64,000 bases of DNA from Clostridia bacterium (GTDB lineage: Bacteria; Bacillota; Clostridia; Christensenellales; UBA1242). Numbering within the stretch: the first letter of the stretch is position 1; the number at the start of each line of letters is the position of its first letter. Location of the stretch: positions 47,865 to 111,864 of the forward strand of contig JAGASX010000011.1 in assembly GCA_017621525.1 (NCBI GenBank), given 5' to 3'. Positions 1 to 9,813 of the stretch are shown in pieces. The position numbers were made by a program, and so were the translations under genes. The notes below the pieces were generated by a model. That model had not been told where the DNA came from and searched no databases. It saw nothing but the letters and a program-made list of their open reading frames with translations.

Positions 1-650
1 ACGAAGATGATTACTACCTACTAATTAATAAACCAAGCGGTTTGCCATGTATGCCAAGTCGTTCTCATTACACAAGCAATCTTGCAGGGGCGATTTGCAA
101 CTATATGAAAAAAGAGGACGGCTTTGTTTTACGTATAATCAATCGGCTTGACAAAGATACTGCAGGCATTATTATTGTCGCAAAAGACAGCATATCACAA
201 AATAAAATTAAAGATATTGAAAAAAGATATGTGGCAATTTGCGAGGGTGAAATTTTAAAACCACTTTCAATTAATTCCCCTATTAAAACAATAAATAATA
301 ATGGAGTGAACGAGCACAAAAGAATTGTGTCGCCAGACGGCAAACCAGCAACTACATTTATAACCCCTATTGCAAGCGAGAACAAACACAGCCTGCTTTC
401 AATAAAATTATTGCATGGAAGAACGCATCAAATAAGAGTTCACCTATCTTCTATCGGCAACCCCCTTTTAGGCGACGAACTTTATGGTAAAAAAAGCACC
501 CTCTTAAATCATACAGCCCTTATATGCAAGGAAATTTCTTTCTATCACCCATATTTACAAAAAACACTATCATTTCAAATTGATTATCCGCAAGATTTTG
601 AAAAAGCAATGACCATTTTAGGCTTAAAGCAAAAAACACATATCAAATGA
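1..650 (+). CDS. RluA-family pseudouridine synthase, 5' end cut by window edge
   Basis: Frame of ORF 42..650 stays open back to nt 3 (EDDYYLLINKPSGLPCMPS). Motifs RLDKDTAGIIIVAK and HGRTHQIRVHL are typical of RluA/RluD enzymes. Confidence 0.85.
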   Translation, partial: EDDYYLLINKPSGLPCMPSRSHYTSNLAGAICNYMKKEDGFVLRIINRLDKDTAGIIIVAKDSISQNKIKDIEKRYVAICEGEILKPLSINSPIKTINNNGVNEHKRIVSPDGKPATTFITPIASENKHSLLSIKLLHGRTHQIRVHLSSIGNPLLGDELYGKKSTLLNHTALICKEISFYHPYLQKTLSFQIDYPQDFEKAMTILGLKQKTHIK

Positions 651-662
651 TATGTGTTTTTA
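631..662. terminator. Bidirectional intrinsic terminator between convergent rluA-like gene and aspS
   Basis: Inverted repeat acacatatca (636-645) / tgatatgtgt (648-657), flanked by an A-run and a T-run. Confidence 0.6.
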
Positions 663-664
663 TT

Positions 665-2401
665 TTACTTTTCAATCACCTTTAAGCCAAGTTCTTGCAA
701 GGTTTTTTCATCAATCCTGCTTGGCGCATTCATAAGCAAATCTCTACCATTTTTATTAAGAGGAAATGCCGCGATTTCTCTTATCACATCATATCCTAAA
801 ATTTGCATAAGCATTCTGTCAAAGCCAAACGCACCGCCTGCGTGAGGTGGCGCCCCATAAGAAAAGGCGTTAAAGAGCGCAGAGAATTTGCTTTCAACAA
901 CTTCTTGCGAGTATCCTACAAGTTCAAAGGCTTTTATCATTGTTTCTTGTTGATGATTTCTTACCGCACCGCTTAACATTTCATAACCGTTACATACAAG
1001 GTCATACTGATAGGCAACAATATCCAATGGGTCTTTATTAAGCAAAGCATCAAGACCACCTTGTGGCATTGAGAATGGGTTATGCGAAAAGTCGAGTTTG
1101 CCTGTTTCTTCATTGATTTCATAGAAAGGAAAATCAACTACCCAGCAAAATTTAACCGCATTTGCATCAATAAGCCCAAGTTGTTCACCCAAAGCATTAC
1201 GAAGCACGTTGGCAAGTTTAATAGCCATTGCTTTTTCATCAGCAATAAAGAAAAGAGAATCACCCGCGTTTAAATTAAACGACTTTAAGGAATTTTTCTG
1301 CTCATCAGTCAAAAATTTGGCAATTGAACCAGAAAATTCAACGCCGTCATATTTAAGCCAAGCAACGCCTTTCCCCTCATAACTTACAATAAGTTTTCCA
1401 AGGTCATCATAAAATCTGCGAGGCTTATCTTCACAAGACGCAACAATCATTTTTATTGTTTTGCCCTTAAACGCATTAAATTCTGTGTTTTCAAACACAC
1501 TTGTAACATCATTAACTATAAGAGGATTGCGTAGGTCTGGCTTATCAGAGCAATATTTTTCAATTGCCTCTTTATAAGGGATACGCACAAAAGGTGCATC
1601 GCAAACGTCAAGTTTAGTAAATTTTTTGTAAAGCCCTGTTACAAAGTTTTCGCAAACTTCAAAAACATCTTCTTGCGTAACAAAAGACATTTCAAAGTCT
1701 ATTTGATAAAACTCCCCTGTCATTCTATCTGCTCTGCCTGCTTCATTTCTAAAACATGGTGCAATTTGAAAATATTTATCATAACCAGACACCATAAGCA
1801 ATTGCTTAAATTGCTGTGGCGCCTGAGGAAGAGCATAAAATTCACCCTTTGAAAAAATTGTAGGCACAATGTAATCTCTTGCCCCCTCAGGAGAACTTGA
1901 TGTCAATATCGGCGTTTGCACTTCCAAAAAGCCCATTTCATAAAATTTATCTCGAATATACTTTAAAATTTCACTGCGAACAACAAGGTTTTTATGGTTT
2001 AAAGGGTTACGCAAGTCAAGGTAGCGATATTTATATCTTAAATCTTCTTTTGTATTTGGCGCTTCGCCTATTTCAAAAGGAAGAACATTCATGCATTTAC
2101 CCAAAGTTTCAATCTTATGCACTTTAACTTCTATATCGCCTGTTTGCATATTTTTGTTTTTGGAACTACGCTCCACAACTTCGCCCTCTACGCGAACAAC
2201 GGTTTCTTTACAAATGTCGCCCAACATAGCCTCATCATCAAAAACAATTTGAGTAAGCCCAAAATGGTCGCGAATTGTACAAAAAGCAATGCCTCCCAAT
2301 TTACGTATAGCCTCTACCCAGCCTGACAAAACCACCTGTTTGCCAACATCATTTAAAGACAACTCGTTGCAATTATGTGTGTGATAATAATTAGTTTTCA
2401 T
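665..2401 (-). CDS. aspS: Aspartate--tRNA ligase
   Basis: Full-length class II AspRS-like translation (QAPQQFKQLLMVSG, FRNEAGRADR, GAPPHAGGAFGFDR). Start placed at the internal ATG 2401 (MKTNYY), which is preceded by GGAG. Confidence 0.95.
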   Translation of the reverse strand: MKTNYYHTHNCNELSLNDVGKQVVLSGWVEAIRKLGGIAFCTIRDHFGLTQIVFDDEAMLGDICKETVVRVEGEVVERSSKNKNMQTGDIEVKVHKIETLGKCMNVLPFEIGEAPNTKEDLRYKYRYLDLRNPLNHKNLVVRSEILKYIRDKFYEMGFLEVQTPILTSSSPEGARDYIVPTIFSKGEFYALPQAPQQFKQLLMVSGYDKYFQIAPCFRNEAGRADRMTGEFYQIDFEMSFVTQEDVFEVCENFVTGLYKKFTKLDVCDAPFVRIPYKEAIEKYCSDKPDLRNPLIVNDVTSVFENTEFNAFKGKTIKMIVASCEDKPRRFYDDLGKLIVSYEGKGVAWLKYDGVEFSGSIAKFLTDEQKNSLKSFNLNAGDSLFFIADEKAMAIKLANVLRNALGEQLGLIDANAVKFCWVVDFPFYEINEETGKLDFSHNPFSMPQGGLDALLNKDPLDIVAYQYDLVCNGYEMLSGAVRNHQQETMIKAFELVGYSQEVVESKFSALFNAFSYGAPPHAGGAFGFDRMLMQILGYDVIREIAAFPLNKNGRDLLMNAPSRIDEKTLQELGLKVIEK

Positions 2402-2457
2402 TTGTTTTTCTCCGCAAAAAGTATAACACATTTTTGACAGAACACAAAGTGTTTTTG

Positions 2458-3552
2458 TTATGATTTTTTATACAATTGCACCCCAGCAATCACAAGCGTA
2501 CCAACAAAAGCAAATGAAAATATCATCGCCCACACCCAATTTGAGGTTGAAGAATATTTTGTAGGCGGTTCGCTTGATTGGTTTTCATTATTTTCTTCAT
2601 CTATTATAATATCTTCGGTTTCTGGCGATTTTTCATCGTCAACTATAATTTCATCATCGCCATTCGAAACGCTGTTATATAGCGCCGTTTCAACAACATC
2701 TGCAAGGTATGGAATTGTATTAAAAACATACTCTTTTTCAATCATATACGTGCCCATTTCAAAAAGCAAATTTGTTTCTTTAAGGCTTTGATTATAGTGT
2801 CCACCGCCACAATAAACATCTAAAAAAAGCCAAGGATACATGCTGGCACCCAGCGCAAAAACCTTTTGTGCAAATTGATAGTTTTCTTCAAAATTAGGAT
2901 TTGATTTGCCAACAACAATTCTCACTTTGCTTAATGGTAGGCCGTTTTGGTTTGTATAATAATAACTTTTGCTTATTCCGTCGCGATGAATATCAAAAAG
3001 AGCGTCTGGGGAATAGTTTTCTTTCAGTGATTTTGCTGTAACCGAAGAGCGACTATACGCAGAACTATTATGAGGAATATGCAAAGTTTCATCAAGAACA
3101 GAAAATATACCGCGAGAGTTAAATTCTTCTTGCAACTCTCTTGCCACGTCATGAATTCCACCAGCGCCATAAATGCTATCGTAGCCATCGCTTGGGGTAT
3201 AACTTTCATCATTATGTGTCATATACATACAAATACTTTTTCGCTCTATTCCTCTTTTTTGCGGGAAAAATTGCCTATTGATTTTAGGCGGGTTTATATC
3301 TCTTTTCTTTCTTGCATAACCGCAGTTCCCCTCAACTTTATATATTTCATATTCATCAAAATTAGAGGTGATAAAAACATCGCCCTCTTCTATTTCGCTT
3401 TTGCGAGCCACTTCCTCACCTTGTTGATTGTAAACCACATACTCGGCTATATCGCCATCTTCGGCAAAAGTGATTTTTTCACAAAATGGCATTGCACACG
3501 GCAAAATGGCAAGCAACAAAAATAACAAAATAAGACATGAACAATTTTTCAT
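2458..3552 (-). CDS. spoIIP: Stage II sporulation protein P (SpoIIP-family amidase/peptidase)
   Basis: SpoIIP-like core (YMTHNDESYTPSDGY, GIHDVARELQEEF, DIHRDG). Has an N-terminal hydrophobic segment plus an acidic linker and a C-terminal TM helix. Confidence 0.8.
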   Translation of the reverse strand: MKNCSCLILLFLLLAILPCAMPFCEKITFAEDGDIAEYVVYNQQGEEVARKSEIEEGDVFITSNFDEYEIYKVEGNCGYARKKRDINPPKINRQFFPQKRGIERKSICMYMTHNDESYTPSDGYDSIYGAGGIHDVARELQEEFNSRGIFSVLDETLHIPHNSSAYSRSSVTAKSLKENYSPDALFDIHRDGISKSYYYTNQNGLPLSKVRIVVGKSNPNFEENYQFAQKVFALGASMYPWLFLDVYCGGGHYNQSLKETNLLFEMGTYMIEKEYVFNTIPYLADVVETALYNSVSNGDDEIIVDDEKSPETEDIIIDEENNENQSSEPPTKYSSTSNWVWAMIFSFAFVGTLVIAGVQLYKKS

Positions 3553-3587
3553 ATCTTATTTATGTGCAATAAAAACAAAAATACTCT

Positions 3588-4334
3588 TTATATTTTCTTT
3601 GCCTTAAAAAATGCAAAGAATGGCCTATCCTTTTGGTATTTATATTTCTCTACAAGTTTAATTGCCTCTGGCGACGCCTTCGATTCTCGCACCTCCAAAA
3701 TCATAAGCCCTGCGTTTGCTATTGCATTTATAACCACCTCAAAATTACGATGATATTTTACAACTCCTTCAATGTTCCAAGAAATTTCCCTTTTCCCAAT
3801 GTTGTTGTAATCACTTAAAAAATAGTACCTTTTCCCATCTATTTCGGTATATTTTGCCATGCCATCAACACGAATTGTTGCTGTTGTAACTGGGTGTTCT
3901 TGTGAGAAAATAAGTATACCATTTGGATTTAACAAGTTTGATATGTTTTTAATAAGCAAATCAAAATCTTCAATGTAATGAAAGGCAAGCGAACTGAAAA
4001 CAATATCAAATTTTTCAGTTAGCGTAGGCAGTTCTTCCATCGCAAGTTGAAGGTATTGCACATTTTGATGTTTATTTTGCACATTTGCACTTGCAATCAT
4101 ATTTGAAGAAACATCAATTCCTACAACTTTTTTTGCACCTTTTTCTGCAAAATATTGGCTCATACCACCCTCACCGCAACCAAGATCGAGGATTGTTTTT
4201 CCTTCAAGTTCTGGCAACATTTGTTTCATGATTGGAATTTCAATCAATTCGTTTGCGTTGATTTTGCCATCACGCATTGATTTGTACTCGGCAAAGAAGT
4301 CTGCATTGTCATAGACATTTTGAATTTTTTCCAT
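3588..4334 (-). CDS. Class I SAM-dependent methyltransferase
   Basis: SAM-binding motif ILDLGCGEGG..VVGIDVS. AGGAGG RBS at 4343-4348. Confidence 0.8.
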   Translation of the reverse strand: MEKIQNVYDNADFFAEYKSMRDGKINANELIEIPIMKQMLPELEGKTILDLGCGEGGMSQYFAEKGAKKVVGIDVSSNMIASANVQNKHQNVQYLQLAMEELPTLTEKFDIVFSSLAFHYIEDFDLLIKNISNLLNPNGILIFSQEHPVTTATIRVDGMAKYTEIDGKRYYFLSDYNNIGKREISWNIEGVVKYHRNFEVVINAIANAGLMILEVRESKASPEAIKLVEKYKYQKDRPFFAFFKAKKI

Positions 4335-4356
4335 ATTTTCACCTCCTTATATGGTC

Positions 4357-4386
4357 AAAAAAAGGTCCAATCCTTTCGGTTGAACC
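4357..4386 (-). terminator. Intrinsic terminator closing the tRNA-Leu transcription unit
   Basis: Minus-sense hairpin GGTTCAACC-GAAA-GGATTGGACC followed by T7. Confidence 0.6.
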
Positions 4387-4423
4387 TTTGATGCTTTATT
4401 TATTAAGTTAACAAAATGTATTA

Positions 4424-4530
4424 TGGTGCGGGCGGTGGGAGCCCTTACCCTAAAAATCTTACGATTTTCAGGGAACCCGCGAACCCAAAGGTTCGACACC
4501 CTCCGCGTCCAATATAACTAAAATGTATTA
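4424..4530 (-). repeat. tRNA-Leu-linked structured module ending in a duplicate tRNA 3' end (..CTCCCACCGCCCGCACCA)
   Basis: 29-nt perfect direct repeat 4413-4441 = 4520-4548. Internal hairpins at 4448-4473 (GTAA loop) and 4480-4495. Lies between the tRNA and its terminator. Confidence 0.6.
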
Positions 4531-4612
4531 TGGTGCGGGCGGTGGGAGTCGAACCCACACGGTTTCCCACTTGCCCCTTAAACAAGCGCGTCTGCCATTC
4601 CGCCACGCCCGC
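4531..4612 (-). tRNA. tRNA-Leu, anticodon read as AAG (type II tRNA, short variable arm, encoded CCA)
   Basis: Cloverleaf by hand: GCGGGCG / D arm GCGG-AATGGCAGAC-GCG / CTTGT-TTAAGGG-GCAAG / GTGGG-TTCGACT-CCCAC / CGCCCGC-A-CCA. Aligns to the tRNA-Leu at 55646. Confidence 0.85.
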
Positions 4613-4627
4613 ACATGATACTTTGTT

Positions 4628-4656
4628 ATTATATAAATATTTAAAAATAAAGTCAA
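4628..4656 (-). promoter_or_regulatory. Sigma-A type promoter for tRNA-Leu
   Basis: Minus sense TTGACT (4651-4656), 17 nt, TATAAT (4628-4633), about 15 nt upstream of the tRNA 5' end. Confidence 0.6.
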
Positions 4657-4698
4657 GCATTTTACACAAAAATTTTTAATTTTTTTTAAATAAAAATT

Positions 4699-4726
4699 AA
4701 AAAAAGAGGTTTTTTAACACACCTCT
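4699..4726 (-). terminator. Intrinsic terminator of clpX (overlaps the stop codon)
   Basis: Minus-sense stem AGAGGT/ACCTCT (4721-4726 / 4705-4710) followed by a T-run. Confidence 0.6.
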
Positions 4727-5991
4727 TTTTTATCTCCGTTGCTTTCCGTTGATTTATAGTAAATTTCAGGCTCACCCGCCTCTTCTTCAATGAATGGAAG
4801 GTCAACAACTATCTTTTCAACATTTTTAAGGCTTGGCACTTCATACATAAGTTTGGTCATTTTACTTTCAATGATTGTGCGAAGTCCGCGTGCACCTGTT
4901 TTAAGTTCCATAGATTTTTTAGCAATTGCCTTAACCGCCTCTTCTGTAAATTCAAGCACAATGCCATCAATTTTAAACATAAGTTTATACTGCTTGATAA
5001 GTGAGTTTTTAGGCTCTTCCAAAATTCTTACAAGCGAATGTTCATCAAGTTCGTCAAGGCCGACAACCACAGGAAGTCTACCAATAAATTCAGGTATAAG
5101 TCCAAATTTGATAAGGTCATTTGGCTGAATTTCCTTGGCAAAATTCCCCTTTTTACCTTCTTCGGTTTCTTTGATTGTTGCATTAAACCCCAAAGATGCG
5201 GTATCGTTTTTTCGAGCCTCAATTATTTTGTCAAGCCCTACAAACGCACCTCCACAAATAAACAAAATGTTTGTTGTGTCAATCTGTATCATTTCTTGAT
5301 GAGGATGCTTCCTACCACCTTGTGGTGGAACTGATGCAACCGTGCTTTCAAGAATTTTTAGAAGGGCTTGTTGCACACCCTCACCTGCAACATCTCTGGT
5401 GATTGATACATTTTGAGTCTTTTTTGCAATTTTGTCTATCTCATCAATATAAATAATCCCGCGTTGTGCCTTCTCGATGTCATAATCGGCATTTTGAATA
5501 AGTTTAAGCAAAATGTTTTCAACATCATCACCAACATATCCAGCCTCTGTTAAAGTTGTCGCGTCAGCGGTTGCGAATGGCACTTTCAGAACTTTAGCCA
5601 AAGTTTTAGCAAGAAGAGTTTTTCCAGAACCTGTTGCACCAACCATAAGAATATTGCTTTTTTCAAGTTCGACTTCATCAACGCTTTTTTTGTTTTCTAC
5701 ATCAAGATTGTAATTTAATCTTTTATAGTGGTTATACACAGCAACGGCAAGTACCTTTTTCGCCTCATCTTGACCAATTATATACTCATCAAGTTTTTCT
5801 TTAATTTCGCTTGGTGAAGGCAGGTCAAGTTTTTCAAATTTAGATTTTTTTACAACATCTACAACAATTTCTTTGCAAATTTCTATACATTCATCACAAA
5901 TATATGCATCGCCGTTTGGGCTTGCAATAAGTTTTTTCGCCTCTTTTTGACTTTTTCCACAAAAACTGCACTTGCAATCAAATTCGTTCAC
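4714..5991 (-). CDS. clpX: ATP-dependent Clp protease ATP-binding subunit ClpX
   Basis: N-terminal zinc ribbon CSFCGK..CDEC, Walker A GATGSGKT, and a full-length ClpX-like translation. Confidence 0.97.
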   Translation of the reverse strand: MNEFDCKCSFCGKSQKEAKKLIASPNGDAYICDECIEICKEIVVDVVKKSKFEKLDLPSPSEIKEKLDEYIIGQDEAKKVLAVAVYNHYKRLNYNLDVENKKSVDEVELEKSNILMVGATGSGKTLLAKTLAKVLKVPFATADATTLTEAGYVGDDVENILLKLIQNADYDIEKAQRGIIYIDEIDKIAKKTQNVSITRDVAGEGVQQALLKILESTVASVPPQGGRKHPHQEMIQIDTTNILFICGGAFVGLDKIIEARKNDTASLGFNATIKETEEGKKGNFAKEIQPNDLIKFGLIPEFIGRLPVVVGLDELDEHSLVRILEEPKNSLIKQYKLMFKIDGIVLEFTEEAVKAIAKKSMELKTGARGLRTIIESKMTKLMYEVPSLKNVEKIVVDLPFIEEEAGEPEIYYKSTESNGDKKEVC

Positions 5992-6011
5992 ACATACCTC
6001 CTATGGTTTGA

Positions 6012-6626
6012 TTAGTTGTTATTTTGTTCTGTTTGCGAAAGATTTACACCTCTTGAAACAAATATTTCATCAATAATGCCATACTCTTTCGCCTCTGTTG
6101 CCGTCATATAGTTATCGCGGTCGGTATCCTTTTCTACAATTGAAAGGTCTTTACCGGTGTTGTCGCTTAACATTTTATTTAAGCGGTCTTTTATATATTG
6201 AATATGGTTTGCTTGAATTTGAATATCGCTTACCTGGCCTTGTGCACCACCAAGTGGCTGATGAATCATAATTTCGCTGTTTGGAAGAGCGTAGCGTTTT
6301 CCTTTTGCACCACCGGCAAGTAAAAATGCCCCCATAGATGCCGCTCTGCCAACGCAAATTGTTGAAACGTCGCATTTTATATACTTCATAGTATCGTAAA
6401 TTGCAAGCCCAGCGCTTACACTGCCACCTGGGCTGTTGATATATAAGCAAATATCTTTGTTAGGGTTTTTGCCCTCTAAATAAAGAAGTTGCGCAACAAT
6501 TAAGTTTGCACTGTTATCGTCAACTTCTCCATTCAAAAAAATAATTCTATCTTCAAGCAGGCGTGAAAAAATATCATAACTTCTTTCTGAGTTTCCTGTT
6601 TGGTCTACAACCATAGGTACAAGCAT
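6012..6626 (-). CDS. clpP: ATP-dependent Clp protease proteolytic subunit
   Basis: ClpP hallmarks ([31 protein letters not shown]). tig-clpP-clpX synteny. Confidence 0.97.
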   Translation of the reverse strand: MLVPMVVDQTGNSERSYDIFSRLLEDRIIFLNGEVDDNSANLIVAQLLYLEGKNPNKDICLYINSPGGSVSAGLAIYDTMKYIKCDVSTICVGRAASMGAFLLAGGAKGKRYALPNSEIMIHQPLGGAQGQVSDIQIQANHIQYIKDRLNKMLSDNTGKDLSIVEKDTDRDNYMTATEAKEYGIIDEIFVSRGVNLSQTEQNNN

Positions 6627-6659
6627 ATTATAATCTCCTTTTTATTGTTTTTATAAATC

Positions 6660-6690
6660 AAACCCTTTCACGTCTGTTATGAAAGGGTTT
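6660..6690 (-). terminator. Hairpin between tig and clpP (terminator/attenuator)
   Basis: 11-bp inverted repeat AAACCCTTTCA / TGAAAGGGTTT. The T-run is only moderate. Confidence 0.45.
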
Positions 6691-6733
6691 TATCTTTTGA
6701 CCGCCTTTTAATTATACGCCGAAAAACAAATTT

Positions 6734-8008
6734 TTATCTATTGTTTCCCTTAATTAAATCAAAGACTTTTGTCATAATTGCGTTGTTTTCAAAGAATGCA
6801 TAGTCTTGTGGAGATAATGCCTTCTTAAATTCCTCTACCGGCATTTGATATTTTGATGCATAATCAGCAATTGCACTATCAAGTTCTTTGGCAGTTACTG
6901 AAAGTTTGTTTTGAGAAATAATTCTTTGAAGAACAAGTCTTGACTTAATATTCTTTTCAGCATCATCTTTTCTTTCTGCTTTAAATTCTTCAAGAGTTTT
7001 GCCGATGTATTCAAGATAAGCTTCCATTGTCATGCCTTGATGTGAAAGTCTGTGTTCAAAATCATGTACCATATGTTCTACTTCATGGTCAATCATTGCT
7101 GGGGAAAGTTCAATCTTGCTTTTCTCTGCAATTTCGTCAAGAAGTAAAACTTCATAATCGCGTTCAGCACGCTCTTCTGCCATTTTTACAAGGTTTTCTT
7201 TAATTGATGCCTTGTATTCTTCCAATGTTTCAAACTCTGTTGTATCTGCAACAAATTTATCATTGATTTCTGGAAGAACTTTCTTTTCTACCTTTTTAAG
7301 TGTAACTTTGAATACAGCAGGTTTGCCGTTAAGGTTTTCTGCATGATAGTTTTGAGGGAATGTTACATTTATATCACGCTCTTCACCCTTTTTCATTCCA
7401 ACAATTTGGTCCTCAAAGCCCTCGATAAATGTATGAGAGCCAAGTTCCAAGCGATAGTCTTGCGCTTCGCCACCGTCAAACTTCTCACCGTCTACATATC
7501 CACAGAAGTCAATTGTTGCAAAGTCGCCAAGTTGCGCATCTTTGTCTTCTTCAACATAGCGAGCGTGTGCGTTTTTAGAATTTTCAAGTTCCTTTTCAAC
7601 ATCTTCTTTGCTTACTGAAATTTCAGGCTTTTTGCTTGTAAGCGAAGCAAGGTCTGGAAGTGTAAATTCTGGCATAAGGTCAAATTTTAATGTCGCTTCA
7701 AGTCCGTTTTCAATTGTAAAAGTGTTCATATCAACGCGTGGTTGGCTTGCAGGAACAATTGAAGTGTTTTCTTCCAAAAATTTTGAATATTCTTCATTTA
7801 AAATAGCATCGAAGGCATCATCAAAGAAAATGGTGTCGCCATAGTTTTGTTCAATCACCTTTCTTGGAGCCTTTCCGCTACGGAAGCCTTGTACTTTAAA
7901 CTTTCCTTTATTCTTTTGGTATGCCTCTTCAACCGCCTTTTCCCATTCTTCTTTTGAGGCTTTGATTGTAAGCACGCCTTGTTTGTCTTTTTTCTCAAAT
8001 GTGTACAT
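6734..8008 (-). CDS. tig: Trigger factor
   Basis: Ribosome-binding motif GFRSGKAPR, a central FKBP-type domain, and full length for trigger factor. Confidence 0.95.
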   Translation of the reverse strand: MYTFEKKDKQGVLTIKASKEEWEKAVEEAYQKNKGKFKVQGFRSGKAPRKVIEQNYGDTIFFDDAFDAILNEEYSKFLEENTSIVPASQPRVDMNTFTIENGLEATLKFDLMPEFTLPDLASLTSKKPEISVSKEDVEKELENSKNAHARYVEEDKDAQLGDFATIDFCGYVDGEKFDGGEAQDYRLELGSHTFIEGFEDQIVGMKKGEERDINVTFPQNYHAENLNGKPAVFKVTLKKVEKKVLPEINDKFVADTTEFETLEEYKASIKENLVKMAEERAERDYEVLLLDEIAEKSKIELSPAMIDHEVEHMVHDFEHRLSHQGMTMEAYLEYIGKTLEEFKAERKDDAEKNIKSRLVLQRIISQNKLSVTAKELDSAIADYASKYQMPVEEFKKALSPQDYAFFENNAIMTKVFDLIKGNNR

Positions 8009-8076
8009 AATATTCTCCTTTAAAATTTACTATCACATAATAGCACAATTTTGCAATTTATGCAAGTGTTTACATA

Positions 8077-8475
8077 TTAAATATTAAATTTACCTTGTGC
8101 CATGGCAACTATGCAAACAACTATCATCATCAGTGCAAAAAGAATTTTTGCAATATCAATAAGTTTATATTTTCTTTGGCTTTTCTTAAATTTTTTTATG
8201 TGGCTTTCTATGTCTTGCTCGAAAGTTTCGCTTGTAAGTGCGGTTGAATTGATAACCTCTGCCCTATACTCTTTAAAATCTTCATCAAAAGCAAGAAAGT
8301 AGTCTTCATAGTAATACAAAATAAGCCTTATCAGCCAAAATCCGCTTAAAACAATCACAAACGCCAAAGAAAAATATATAAAGCCAATCCAAACAGACTT
8401 TAAACATGCAGTTGTGATTATAAGTGCCAACAAAATGGCTGAAATTAGAAAATTTTTTTTCATATTGTATATCAA
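8077..8475 (-). CDS. Hypothetical small membrane protein (start uncertain: TTG 8475 or ATG 8463)
   Basis: ORF with three predicted hydrophobic helices. No family recognised. Confidence 0.45.
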   Translation of the reverse strand: MIYNMKKNFLISAILLALIITTACLKSVWIGFIYFSLAFVIVLSGFWLIRLILYYYEDYFLAFDEDFKEYRAEVINSTALTSETFEQDIESHIKKFKKSQRKYKLIDIAKILFALMMIVVCIVAMAQGKFNI

Positions 8476-8476
8476 A

Positions 8477-8788
8477 TTAAATCGTCAAAATGTATAGTAC
8501 CACAATTGTAACTACAAACACTACATAGCATACAATCCATGGAATTTGTCTATGCGTTCTCACCCAAGAAAACGCCAAAACAATGCAAATTGAATAGGCA
8601 ATAGCCTCGCCGACTGCCCCAAAAGCATTTGAAACTGATGAGTTGTTTTTAAAAATCAAGGCAAGCAAGATTGCAATTGCTATGCACCCTATTGCAACAT
8701 AGGCAACAAGCGACAAAATGGTATTAAATGTTTTCTTGCCACCTTTCGCCCCATCTTTTTTATCATTTTTATTAAATTGAACTTGCAT
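8477..8788 (-). CDS. Hypothetical small membrane protein
   Basis: Lys-rich N-terminus followed by three hydrophobic helices. No family recognised. Confidence 0.45.
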   Translation of the reverse strand: MQVQFNKNDKKDGAKGGKKTFNTILSLVAYVAIGCIAIAILLALIFKNNSSVSNAFGAVGEAIAYSICIVLAFSWVRTHRQIPWIVCYVVFVVTIVVLYILTI

Positions 8789-8796
8789 ATCTCACC

Positions 8797-9807
<1,011 letters not shown>

Positions 9808-9813
9808 TTACAA

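Noticed and set aside
4445-4669. Track ORF of 74 aa on the minus strand
   Set aside because: It reads straight through tRNA-Leu (4531-4612) and its 3'-end-linked module. It has no RBS, and the product merely mirrors tRNA sequence (..RVGSTPTART..).
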